This document shows, piece by piece, positions 9,540 to 21,100 of a stretch of DNA of 60,579 nt. Below the pieces are notes generated by a model, which did no database searches, was not told the DNA's origin, and saw nothing but the letters and a program-made list of their open reading frames with translations. The DNA comes from Chitinophagales bacterium (GTDB taxonomy: Bacteria > Bacteroidota > Bacteroidia > Chitinophagales > UBA2359). Position 1 is the stretch's first letter, and every line of letters begins with the position of its first letter. The stretch spans positions 1 through 60,579 of the forward strand of contig JAHDDV010000001.1 in the NCBI GenBank assembly GCA_020629205.1, read 5' to 3'. The translations under genes and the position numbers were made by a program.

Positions 9540-11465
9540 TTAGACTTTTTTCTTTAGGGTGACCACTTCACGGTAGCTTTTCTTGACTTGCTTAACCATT
9601 TGATTCCAGCTTTCAAATTGCTCAGGGCTGATCATCAGGGATTTGTTGGTGAAGTGAAAACTATAGTAGACAGAGGTACTGTCTTGACTGTACTTAATGT
9701 TCAGATTTAACAGTTCATTCGAGACATCGAGGTCTTTTGGCAGATACTCGACTTCGTAGCCATTTGGGATTTCTAGTTCAATATGTTTGATGATTTCAAA
9801 GGCGTAATCTTGCTTGACAGGCATAGTTCGATCATCGTCCAGCTTTTGATCACTGAATAGTTTTTCCAGATTCAAGTTAACAAATATTTTATCATCAGTT
9901 CGACTAATGTAATCGTCGATTTGGTAATCGAATTGCAATCTAGTAAGGCTGTCTCCAAAGCTTGGTTTACCGTAGTCGGTCAATTGAAACTTGTTGTTGC
10001 CTCTCTCGTGATAGTATTTGAAAAACTTCACAGGATCTTCTCCTTTCATCTTTGCAAACTGCCGACGATACTTGCCATGATGATATCCTCGGTATTCGGT
10101 CTGTGATTGACCCCTTAGCTGATCCTTTTCTATGACAAGTTTAGAGCTGTCGCGAAGGCCTGAGTTATGGAATGGTGCCGCCGGAACTTCCTTAAGTTTG
10201 AAGTCATTTTCAGACATATAGATGAGGGCTTGTTTGCCTTGTATGAACTCTGAAGGGTAGCCCAGTGGTAGATATTCATCCGTTGCATCCAGAAACCAAT
10301 AATCTCCTTCCGGGGTAACATAGGTAGCAATCATGTGATTGTCTATAAATGGAGCAGGAAATTCCTCGTAGCTCAAAGCAATATCGCGGGTGCCGATCCA
10401 GGTAAAGTGGCTTTCGACCCCAGCATGATCCATCATATTAACCAACATGCAAGACATATCTTTGCAGTCGCCAAACTTCTGTTGATAGATTGTATTAGGA
10501 TCTCTCGGGATGAAGCCTTCCATATCATTTTCGATTGCCAGATACTTGATATTGGATTTCACCCAGTCATAGATTCCATTCACAAGGCTCTTCTCGGTTG
10601 GGGAGTCTTGTTTGATAGAGTCCACAACAGCTTTGATCTCATTGTTGATCTCACCATCTTTAATGCTGTCGATCCAGGTGGAATACCAGGAGAATAGATC
10701 AGAAACATCACGGAGAACCGCTTTGCTTTCTCCATTAGTCTCATAGCTTTTTACCCGAACAGCTACAGTTGGCGATACGCTTCGAAAGGAAGGAGCACTA
10801 CTTTCTGGTTCGAATCCGGGGATGCTTTCCATGGTCCATTTATGATAGATCCTGCCTTTTTTGCTTGAAGTTTCATAGCGAATTTTGGATTCCGGATCGT
10901 TGTAGGTCTTCATTTCCAGTTCAATATCTTCATCGACATCGATCTCGAAGATGGCCATTTCCGTATCGTAGAAGGAATTGAAGTAATAGGGATTGACAAA
11001 TCGAGCATCTTGTAACTGTTCTTTATACTCTAGCGTGAGGTGAGCACCTGGTCGGGCATTTGGATAGGTGAAACTGGTGGATTTGCGCCCGTCATAGAAG
11101 TTTCGCTCGCTAAGAACCTCTGCAGTTTCGAAGTCTTTAACGCTGTAATTTTTGTACTTTCTGCCATCTGGTACACGCGTCATCGCTTTGATCTCCACTA
11201 ATTCAAAGAAATCACTGTACTGAATAGATCTATCGGCAAAGCTGGCTGCATTCTTATTGAGCAGCAGCAGTTCCTCTTTGACTGTGTTGGAGGCTTCCAA
11301 AGTCCCGTCAATGATGTCAATTCTCAGATGTCTTTCGTCTAGTATCTGAACCAATGGGGCTTTCGGGAACCGCTCTTGGTAGCGCTCCAGCTCACTTTGG
11401 CCATTGGAATGGGTATACATAGCCACAAAAACAAGGCAACAAACAAGTCGCTGGCAAAAATTCAT
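9540..11465 (-). CDS. DUF3857 + transglutaminase-like cysteine protease domain protein
   Basis: The transglutaminase core Cys is in FGDCKDMSCML, followed by NHMIATYV (His) and WFLDATD (Asp). I prefer the start at M24 (MNFCQRLVCCLVF, a signal peptide), which avoids overlap with the upstream gene. The ORF track extends to 11534. Confidence 0.75.
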   Translation of the reverse strand: MNFCQRLVCCLVFVAMYTHSNGQSELERYQERFPKAPLVQILDERHLRIDIIDGTLEASNTVKEELLLLNKNAASFADRSIQYSDFFELVEIKAMTRVPDGRKYKNYSVKDFETAEVLSERNFYDGRKSTSFTYPNARPGAHLTLEYKEQLQDARFVNPYYFNSFYDTEMAIFEIDVDEDIELEMKTYNDPESKIRYETSSKKGRIYHKWTMESIPGFEPESSAPSFRSVSPTVAVRVKSYETNGESKAVLRDVSDLFSWYSTWIDSIKDGEINNEIKAVVDSIKQDSPTEKSLVNGIYDWVKSNIKYLAIENDMEGFIPRDPNTIYQQKFGDCKDMSCMLVNMMDHAGVESHFTWIGTRDIALSYEEFPAPFIDNHMIATYVTPEGDYWFLDATDEYLPLGYPSEFIQGKQALIYMSENDFKLKEVPAAPFHNSGLRDSSKLVIEKDQLRGQSQTEYRGYHHGKYRRQFAKMKGEDPVKFFKYYHERGNNKFQLTDYGKPSFGDSLTRLQFDYQIDDYISRTDDKIFVNLNLEKLFSDQKLDDDRTMPVKQDYAFEIIKHIELEIPNGYEVEYLPKDLDVSNELLNLNIKYSQDSTSVYYSFHFTNKSLMISPEQFESWNQMVKQVKKSYREVVTLKKKV

Positions 11466-11469
11466 ATCT

Positions 11470-14400
11470 CTACTTGATTTCAAAAATGGTGTCTGCAAAG
11501 TACAGCAGCTCCGCTTTGATGCTACCGTCTTCATTATAAATCTTTGCCGGGCCGTTTAGTTCGCCATCAACATAGTTTAATTGTGCTTTCAGCTTTCCGT
11601 TCTTGTGATAGGTGCTCATTTCTCCCGAATAGGCGTCTAGATCGTACTGGCCTTTTGATTCAAGGGTCCCATCTTCGTAATAGGACTCAAAGGGCCCATG
11701 GGTCAAACCTTTTTCCATCATTGCTTTTCTTTGCAGCTGACCATTGGGGTGATACCTCAGGTATGGGCCATGGAATTGTCCCTTTTCGTAAAAAAAGTGT
11801 CTGGCCAGTTGCCCATTTGCATAATAGGATTTTACCTCTTGCGGATCAGCGGTGATTGGGATCTTGGCCACCGGCTTGCTTGATTCATCGAAATAGCTGT
11901 AGGCGATCGGCAGTCCTTGGTCGTAGTAGCGTAGGAATTGGACTTCGCCGGAACTGTGAAGCAAGCGCTCTTCTCCTTCTAGATAGCCGTATTCGTAGGT
12001 GGATTCTGTGATGGCTTGACCATTCTCGTCGTAGTTGCGATAGTCCCCATGCAGGTTTCCATGTAGATAGTTGGACTCGTTCTGCAATTTTCCCGAATCA
12101 TGGTAGCTTTTCCATTTTCCTTCTCGAACGCCATCAACATAATTGCCTTCTTTAGTCAAGGTCCCTTCCATGGAATAGGCCTTGTATTGACCATGTGGTT
12201 CATTGTGTTGGAATTCTACTTCACTTTTGATTTGACCGTTCGGATAGTAGTGGCTTAGCTTGCCAACAACTTGACCATGTTTGTACTCTTTCCGAAACAT
12301 GCTCTGTCCATTGGCATATTTTGGCTCAAGTACGCCCGCTCCTTTTAGAAGATCAACTTTTCCGATCGGGGCACCGTCAGGCCCGAATCTCGTACTACCG
12401 ATAAAGCTACCGTCACGCATTTTGTCCTTTGACCAAATCCGTCCATCGGCAGAGTAGCTGGATTGTTCTCCATGTTGGACCCCTTCTACATAATACTCGT
12501 CATATTCCAGAGTGCCGCTTATTGTGTAACGCTTATAAGGTCCATGCTGTAGATCGTCCAAATAATGTATTTCCGTGCTTGTTTGTCCATTTGCATAGTA
12601 GCTGTTGCTAGGACCTTGAGCCAGGCCTTCTTGATAATTGCGTTCAGATAGGAGTTCGCCCCAATTCGTGTAGGTTTTTGAAGGCCCATGGGCGGTCTTG
12701 TTGCTGTAAGTATCAAGTCCGGTTCTCACTCCGAAGGCGTTGTAGTAGGACCATTCACCTTCTCTTGATCCTTCTTCATAATTACCTGAAGTAGATAGGA
12801 CACCATTGTCATGAAAGTTCTCGAACCAGAATTTTTGTTTCTTTCGCTCTACTTCTTTTATGGTTTTGCCCTCTTCATCAAAAAGTCGGTATTTCACGAT
12901 GGTGCCTTTCTTGTATTCCAGTTGTAACTGCAGTTTTTCCGAGCGTGTATAAGTATTTAGCAGACCGGAATATTTCCCATTTTCGTCATATTCTGCTGTT
13001 TCTGACATTCGTCCTGCTTCATCGTAACTAGTCCATTTGCCACTCTTATTGCCTTTAACATACTTTCCTTGCTCTCTCAATTGGCCATGTTTGAAGTACT
13101 CAGAATAAGGACCATTGAGGAGGCCATTTTCATACTGACTTGTCGATTTTACTTGTCCATTGTTGTAGAAGCTTTCGACCTTACCTTGTAGCTCATCTTC
13201 TATGTAAGTCCCCCGTTCCTGAACCTCTCCATTGCTATGGTAGGTGATAAATGTCCCATTTTTCTTGTCTTCGCTAAGATCTACCTTGAAGCGTGGGCTG
13301 CCATCAGGAAAATAATACTGTATCGGGCCTTCTCCTTTGCCGTCTACGTAGTTGATTATCGCATATAAATTGCCATTGTAGTCATAGGTGCTTACCTTGC
13401 CATGGATGATGCCGTCTTTGTATTCTTCTTCAGTTTCAGTCACACCATTATCGAAATAGGTCTTGCGTGTTCCCTCTAGCTTTCCATCCTTGCTGTAGTG
13501 ATTGGTTTCACTTAGCTGGCCATTGGGATGAAGAAATTCCCATTTGCCCACTCGGATGCCATTTTCATACTTACCTTGACCAGCCAGGGCCCCAGTTTGG
13601 TGTATCAATTTGAAAGGGCCTTCCGGCTGTCCATTGATCAGTGTTCCGATGGCAACCAATTGACCATCTTCGCGAATGAAATCTACCATTTGATCGGAGC
13701 CATCCCAATTCATCATCCTCTTTTGGCTATAGTCACGCCACTCTACATTGAGATAAGGAATGAATTCCTGAATTTTCTTAATTTGTTTCTCGAAGTGCTG
13801 GACATGCTGCGGATTAGTACTGCTTAAGCACATTAGATTTGCCAATTGCTCGAACTGGTTTTCTGCCACCAGTTTTTGGTAGAATTTCAAGTAGGTGTTG
13901 GTCCAAAATCCGTCTTGACCGGAGTCGGCCTTATCAAAAAGCATGTATGACTGTCTGGCAAGAGCAATGTTGAGTTTGCTGGGTGTCTTGTACTTGGCAT
14001 CCAGGGCAACATAATTGTTGATCAAGAGATCGGTATGGGAAAAGTCTTCTTGCGGTGATACATCCAGGTCTGTCTTACTGCCTATATGCTTGGCAGAAAC
14101 GGCCTCGTTGATTCTTGTAAGGGCTTGCTGCGCAGTTGGATTTTGAAAATCAAGCGCCAGAAATGTCACAAATGCTAAAATAGCTTCACTTACTTGCTCT
14201 TCCTCTAGGGCTATTTCACCTAGCTGGTAGTGACTTGGACTGTGAAAAGGGTCAATGGCAACAGCACTTTGGAGGTCTTCCAGAGCTCCAGCGCGGTCTT
14301 GCAGCTGGATCTTTGTCACTGCCCGATGGTAGAACAGTGGCGCATGGTAGGGCATTTGCTTGATGGCTTCAGCATAAGTGGCTAATGCTTCATCAGCCTT

Positions 14401-14742
14401 GCCCAAAAGATCCAGTGATACAGCTTTCTTCACGTAGAAGTCAGAATGAAAATTCTGGTCCAAAGCTAATCCTTGCTCACAAATCTCAATGACCTTTTCA
14501 TATCTCTTCAGAGCATGCAAGCTGATGGCTTGTTCCACAAGGCAAGCGAGATAATTCTCATCGTTGGGATTAACGCTTTTGTACTGCTCAAGTGCTTTTT
14601 CATAGTGGCCTTCTTCGTGCATCTCGATGCCTGCCAGTATAATATCCCGAGAATCCGGGATGGAATCCTGCTGTTGTGCATTAACGGCATGAAAGAAGGG
14701 GAGAAATGTGAATAGGATCAGGATTGTTCGTGGACTCAGCAT
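11470..14742 (-). CDS. TPR + MORN-variant (YwqK-like) repeat protein
   Basis: 1090 aa. It has a signal peptide and N-terminal TPR-like helices, then several hundred residues of 22-23-aa repeats of the form G.....Y..NGQ......Y..G...G. Confidence 0.75.
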   Translation of the reverse strand: MLSPRTILILFTFLPFFHAVNAQQQDSIPDSRDIILAGIEMHEEGHYEKALEQYKSVNPNDENYLACLVEQAISLHALKRYEKVIEICEQGLALDQNFHSDFYVKKAVSLDLLGKADEALATYAEAIKQMPYHAPLFYHRAVTKIQLQDRAGALEDLQSAVAIDPFHSPSHYQLGEIALEEEQVSEAILAFVTFLALDFQNPTAQQALTRINEAVSAKHIGSKTDLDVSPQEDFSHTDLLINNYVALDAKYKTPSKLNIALARQSYMLFDKADSGQDGFWTNTYLKFYQKLVAENQFEQLANLMCLSSTNPQHVQHFEKQIKKIQEFIPYLNVEWRDYSQKRMMNWDGSDQMVDFIREDGQLVAIGTLINGQPEGPFKLIHQTGALAGQGKYENGIRVGKWEFLHPNGQLSETNHYSKDGKLEGTRKTYFDNGVTETEEEYKDGIIHGKVSTYDYNGNLYAIINYVDGKGEGPIQYYFPDGSPRFKVDLSEDKKNGTFITYHSNGEVQERGTYIEDELQGKVESFYNNGQVKSTSQYENGLLNGPYSEYFKHGQLREQGKYVKGNKSGKWTSYDEAGRMSETAEYDENGKYSGLLNTYTRSEKLQLQLEYKKGTIVKYRLFDEEGKTIKEVERKKQKFWFENFHDNGVLSTSGNYEEGSREGEWSYYNAFGVRTGLDTYSNKTAHGPSKTYTNWGELLSERNYQEGLAQGPSNSYYANGQTSTEIHYLDDLQHGPYKRYTISGTLEYDEYYVEGVQHGEQSSYSADGRIWSKDKMRDGSFIGSTRFGPDGAPIGKVDLLKGAGVLEPKYANGQSMFRKEYKHGQVVGKLSHYYPNGQIKSEVEFQHNEPHGQYKAYSMEGTLTKEGNYVDGVREGKWKSYHDSGKLQNESNYLHGNLHGDYRNYDENGQAITESTYEYGYLEGEERLLHSSGEVQFLRYYDQGLPIAYSYFDESSKPVAKIPITADPQEVKSYYANGQLARHFFYEKGQFHGPYLRYHPNGQLQRKAMMEKGLTHGPFESYYEDGTLESKGQYDLDAYSGEMSTYHKNGKLKAQLNYVDGELNGPAKIYNEDGSIKAELLYFADTIFEIK

Positions 14743-15139
14743 AGCAATGATTTAAGGAGAATGGAATTCTGGGCCATTAGATCGGAAAGCTACGATAAAA
14801 GATACGCATTTGCTGAAAGAGGGCAACGAAAATCACCACATAGGTCCACATTTGCCCATATTTGGATTAATTGCCCTGATACGACCAGCGAGAAGTCTTT
14901 AATGTATTGGTTTAAATGTTAATATCTTCAAAGCTTATTTCAGACACAATCACTTACAAACGTCCAAAATTGACATAATTAACGCCATTTTTTTGCTTAA
15001 AATTTTGCCTATACAGCATAAACTGATAATTTACTACACAGTGTTTACACGGTTTCTGCGGTGAATTCTTTCTTCCAAATTCTTGCTAGACAACTAAGTA
15101 CACCATACAACTGCCCCGCCAGTACAAATTACACTATCC

Positions 15140-18100
15140 ATGATCAAGTTTAGGAATCTTCTACTCCTATTGCTCTGCTGCCTCGTGACCTTTCCTGCAG
15201 AGCTTCAAGCAACCGATGAACGTCTTATTATTAGTTCAATTGCCAATGGCGCTTCAAGCGGACTAATTGGACAAATGACTGTTGAGAATATCTCGGAGGA
15301 TTTGGTGCCTTTTCAATTTGGCCCCTACGTAATTCCAGCTTCAGAAGCAAGTCAGGGATACGTCTTGCCAGGTGAAAGAGTCGTCATGATTCCCCCGGGA
15401 GAAGCTAAAACGCTTCCACTGTACGGATATTGCTACAGCTTACATAAGGCACCCGCCAATGCTAATGGCAGTTTTGCTTCAATTGAAGATTGGGTACAGC
15501 CGGAAGACATGGATGGAGCCTGGGTGGAAAACCTCCGGTTCGGTGGCGTAAAACCTGATTTTCTTGAAGATTACCAGCCAAGTCAAACAACTCTACTGGT
15601 GCCTGCCAGCAATTTTGAGATGCCCTATGCCATTGACGAAGAAAGTAATCTCGTAGATGCAGCTGCACTGTATGTGGAGGCTTTGCGAAGAATTCACCTG
15701 GCTTACTATCAGACCGATGGAATGGATTGGCTCGAAACGCCTTTTGATTACAAGAAGCAAAAGGAGCGAAATGCGGTCATTCAACAAACCTTCTGGATAT
15801 TCACTCAGGCCCTGGCTGGAGATGAGTACACATTTAGCGAGTTTGAAGAGCTCGTGTTCAGACAGCAAGTAGTCAAGGATTGGTCTAGTTCAAATAGCCG
15901 CTCGGTAAAAAATGAAGGCCTAAAGAGAGAAATCGTGAACTGGTGGGCGCTATTTAAAGACCTGGGAATAGTGGCGGGAATATTCAGAGCAGATATTTAT
16001 GACACCTTCCCGGCAAGTGTGTACCTCGATGCTCCTCAGGACTCCATTTCCCGCATACGTAAGCCTGAAAGTGTGCCAGACCTCGATTGGATACTCACTT
16101 ACCCATCCGACCACAATATTGGGCTGCGGGACAGTCTTGTAAACTCCGATCCTAATCTCTGGACAGAATGGAATGAAGAACTAAAAAAGGGACCGAAGAA
16201 AAGTGCTGATGGAAACATTCTTATCACGGTACCGATTTTCGATTGGGAGCAACATGACCCATACGCCAGACCTCAAAAGGCAGGTATAGACGACATGTGG
16301 CGGTTCATCGAATTGACCGGCTCTCTATTGAAAGAGTCCCCTAAAAAACCAGTTTGGCCATATGTAGTTGCCGCAGCGGCAGTAGTTGGCTCAGTGACTG
16401 CCATAGCCTTACTCAGCAATCAAGCCGATGATTGCGGCGATTGCGATGACGGCGACCCTTGTACCAATGATGTTTGTGTCTATCCGGATTGCGTAAACAC
16501 CCTTATCAACTGCGACGATGGCGATCCCTGCACCGCCGATTATTGTGAAAATGGAATTTGCATCAATGCGCCCATTCAGGATTGCTGCCAAAGCGAAGAA
16601 GATTGTGCTGATGACAACCCTTGCACCATCAATACCTGTGTCAATGGAACGTGTCAATTGGAGTTCATAACCTGCGATGATGGCGATCCTTGTACAACCG
16701 ATTTTTGCCAGAATGGTACCTGTGTATACGAACCCAATGCTTGTGACGATGGAGACCCATGTACCATTGATGACTGCGATGAAGAAGGGAATTGCACGCA
16801 TGAACCAAAAATCTGCGATGACGAAAACCCCTGTACAATTGATGCATGCGATGAGAATGGAAACTGCTTTTTCACCTCAATACCATGCGATGACGGTGAC
16901 CCATGTACTGATGACAGCTGTGAAAATGGAGATTGCGTATTTGTAGCTATTGACTGTGATGATGGTGATCCATGTACACAGGACTCTTGCGATGGTGCTG
17001 GAAACTGTATCAATGAACCGATCGTCTGTGACGATGGAGATCCCTGTACACAGGACAGTTGCGACGAGGGAGACTGTGTGTTTGAAGCTATTGTTTGTGA
17101 CGACGGTGATCCCTGTACGACTGACTATTGCGATGAAAACGGAGATTGTGTCTTCGAAGGTACTACATGCGATGATGGCGATCCTTGTACAATAGACAGT
17201 TGTGATGAGTTTGGGGACTGTGTCTTTGAACCAGTAGTTTGTAACGATGGAAATGCTTGTACCGAAGACCTTTGTGATGAAAACGGTAGCTGTATTTCAA
17301 TTCCAATCATTTGCGATGACAATGATCCGTGTACGGAAGACTCTTGCGATCCGGTTCTTGGCTGCGTTTATGAACCAATTGAAGCCTGCTGTACCGGCCC
17401 GGAGAGTTGTGATGATGGCGACCCATGTACTATTGATCAGTGTAATACTTTTACCGGAGAATGTTTCTCAGTACCGGTGATCTGTAATGATGGAAATGCC
17501 TGCACGCTGGACTATTGTGATGGCAATGGAAGCTGCGTTTCAGAACCAATCGTTTGCGACGATGGTGATCCCTGTACTGAAGATCTCTGCGATCCCGTAG
17601 ACGGCTGCCAATTCATACCAATTGAAAACTGCTGCGATGGCATCGGGAATTGCGATGATGGTGATCCTTGCACTATTGACCAATGTAACCCTGAGACAGG
17701 TGAATGTGTCTCCATCCCACTCAACTGCAATGACGGCAATGCTTGTACTATTGATACTTGCGATGATGAAGGAAACTGTAGCCATGAAGAAATCACTTGT
17801 AACGATGGTAATCCCTGTACAGAGGATGTTTGTGATCCTGAGCTGGGTTGTCAGTTCATTCCAATCGAAGGTTGTTGTACTTCACCTCTGGCTTGTGATG
17901 ACGGCGACCCCTGTACCGTGGACCAATGTACCGGCAACAACGTCTGTGTACATTTTCCACTAAACTGTGATGACGGTGATCCCTGTACTGAGGATTTCTG
18001 TGAGGATGGAGGCTGCCAAAATGTACCCATCAGTTGTGACGATGGGAACCCGTGTACAGAAGATACCTGTGATCCGGAGCTCGGTTGTATCTATACACCC

Positions 18101-21100
18101 ATCGCGGCTTGCTGTCAAAGTCCTGAAGACTGCGACGATAATAATCCCTGTACAGAAGATACTTGTGATCCCGAAACAGGGATTTGCAGCAATATTGAAA
18201 TCGACTGTGATGATGGAGATCCTTGTACCGTTGATGTTTGTCAAGGCAATGGCATCTGTGATCATATCTTCATTACAGATTGTTGCGGTGAAAATGGAAA
18301 CTGCGATGATGGTGATCCATGTACTGTAGATAGCTGTGATCCCTTCTCAAGCGAGTGTATTAATGAACCGATTGTCTGCGATGATGGTGATGCCTGTACC
18401 TATGATAGCTGTGATGAGGAGGGCAATTGTGTTAGCATCCTCTTTATTTGTCAGGATGGTGATCCTTGTACCCAGGATACTTGCGACCCCGAGCTCGGAT
18501 GTATATTCATTCCGATTGAAAACTGCTGTTCAGGTATCGGGACTTGTGATGATGGTGACCCATGTACTATTGATGTTTGTGATGAGGATACGGGCACTTG
18601 TATCAGCAGCCCGATTAATTGCGACGATGGCAACCCTTGTACCCTGGATCAATGCGATGGAGAAGGAAACTGTATCTACTTTGAAGTCGGCTGCTCGGAT
18701 GGGGATATCTGCACCGAAGATATCTGTGACCCAATTGAAGGCTGCATCTTCGTTCCGATCGAAGGCTGTTGTGCCAATGCTTCCGATTGTCCAATCTCCG
18801 ACCCATGTACTCAGGCAATTTGCAATCTTGAAAATGGCGAATGCTTATATGTTCCCATTGACTGTGATGACGGGGATCCTTGTACCAATGATTTCTGTGA
18901 GGACGGGTTCTGCCAATTCGTTCCAGTCGTTTGCGATGATGGAAATGATTGTACCGAGGATATCTGTACAGAAAATGGTTGCGAGTATATCCCAATTGAA
19001 GCTTGCTGTGCAGATGAGGCTGATTGCGATGATGGCAATGCATGTACCATTGATACCTGTGATCCAGAAACGGGACTTTGTAGCAACGAGCCGATTTCTT
19101 GCGATGACGGTGATCCCTGTACAGAAGACTTCTGCTCTGGCGATGGTATCTGTGTCAATCAACCGATTGTCTGCGATGATGACAACCCTTGCACTGAAGA
19201 TGCATGCGTAGATGGCGAATGTGTGTTTACAGATATTGATTGTGATGATGGAAACCCATGTACCGAAGATCTCTGTGACGCCTTTTTGGGTTGCCAGAAT
19301 GTACCTATTGGAGGTTGCTGTCAGGGAAGTGAGGATTGTGATGATGGCGATCCCTGTACAATTGATACTTGTGATGCGGAAACCAACACCTGTATGAGCA
19401 TCCCAGTTAGTTGCTCGGACGGAGACGCCTGTACCACAGACTTCTGTGATGGTGAAGGCAATTGTGTCCATGAGGCAATCACCTGCGATGACGGTGATCC
19501 TTGTACCGAAGATAGCTGTGATCCCGTAACAGGTTGCGTCTTTACACCGATTGAGGGATGTTGTCAGGTAGCTGCCGATTGCGATGATGGCGATCCATGT
19601 ACTGTTGCCGAATGTGATCTGGAAGCAGGTTCTTGCGTCTTCGTTCCAATCGATTGTGATGACAACAACGCTTGCACCACCGACTTCTGTAATGAGGATG
19701 GAGCCTGCGTGCATGAGCCGATTTCTTGCGATGATGGTGACCCTTGTACAGAAGATTCATGCGATCCTGTGGAGGGCTGTATATATACACCAGTCGAAAA
19801 CTGTTGCTCCGATGCTGTCGACTGCGACGATGGTGATCCTTGTACAATCGATACCTGCGAAGACGGAAACTGTGTCAACAGCCCAAAAGACTGTGATGAC
19901 GGCGATGCTTGTACCATCGATAGCTGTGACGCCGAAGGAAATTGCATTTACGAAGAATTCGTCTGTGACGATGGAAATGACTGTACCGAAGACTTCTGTG
20001 ATCCGGTGGAGGGTTGCCGATATGTACCAATCGAAAGCTGTTGCTCGGGCCCGGAGGATTGTGATGACGGTGATCCTTGCACAATCGATGACTGTGATCC
20101 CGAGACAGGAGAATGTATGAACACTCCCGTAGCCTGCGATGATAACGATGCATGTACAACGGATTCCTGCAATGAACTGGGAGAATGCGTGTTTGAAGCC
20201 ATCAGCTGTGATGACGGCGACCCTTGTACTGAAGATACCTGTGATCCTGAATTGGGTTGTGTCTATACCGCCATTGAAAATTGCTGTGAATCGGGTAATG
20301 ACTGCGATGACGGAAATCCTTGTACCTTGGACACCTGTTCAGAAAATGGCGAATGCATATATGCACCGATCTCATGTGATGATGGCAATGCCTGCACCAT
20401 CGACACCTGTGATGGAGAAACCGGTGCCTGCATCAATACTCCTATAGATTGCGATGATGGTGATCCTTGTACCACCGATAGCTGTGATGGAAGTGGAAAT
20501 TGCATCAACGAAGCAATCTCTTGTGATGATGGCAATGCTTGTACCATTGATAGCTGCGACGCAGATGGCAACTGTGTGTACGAGTTTACTGCCTGCGACG
20601 ACAATGACCCATGTACCGAAGACCTCTGCGATTCTGATACAGGAGAGTGTACATCAGTGCCGCTGGATTGCAGCGATGGGAATCCATGCACCATCGATAG
20701 CTGCGATGGTGAAGGCAATTGCATCAATACGCCTATCGATTGTGCGGATGATAATCCTTGTACTGAGGACATCTGCAACGGAGCAACTGGTGAATGTGTC
20801 CACGTGATTATCAATTGCGATGATGGCAATGCCTGTACCTGGGACTACTGCGATGGTGAAGGCAATTGCATCCATCAGGAGTTTGAGTGTGATGATGGTG
20901 ATCCATGTACCATCGATTCTTGCGATCCGGCTCTGGGATGCGTCTCTACTCCTATAGAAGGATGTTGTACTGAAGAAGCTGATTGCGATGATGGTGATCC
21001 TTGTACCATCGATTCCTGTGAAGCAGGTACTTGTACCAACACACCGATCAGCTGTGATGATAACGATCCATGTACCGAAGATAGCTGCAATGCCGAGACA

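Noticed and set aside
15431-15796. Possible thioester-domain (TED/TQXA-like) adhesin motifs in the N-terminal domain of the giant protein: Cys98 in GYCYS and Gln215 in IQQTFW, 117 residues apart.
   Set aside because: Only two short degenerate motifs match. TQxA[IV]W is matched at Q and W only, and the Cys motif lacks the acidic residue. With no fold evidence this could easily be chance. It is worth a look only if structure prediction suggests a TED-like fold.
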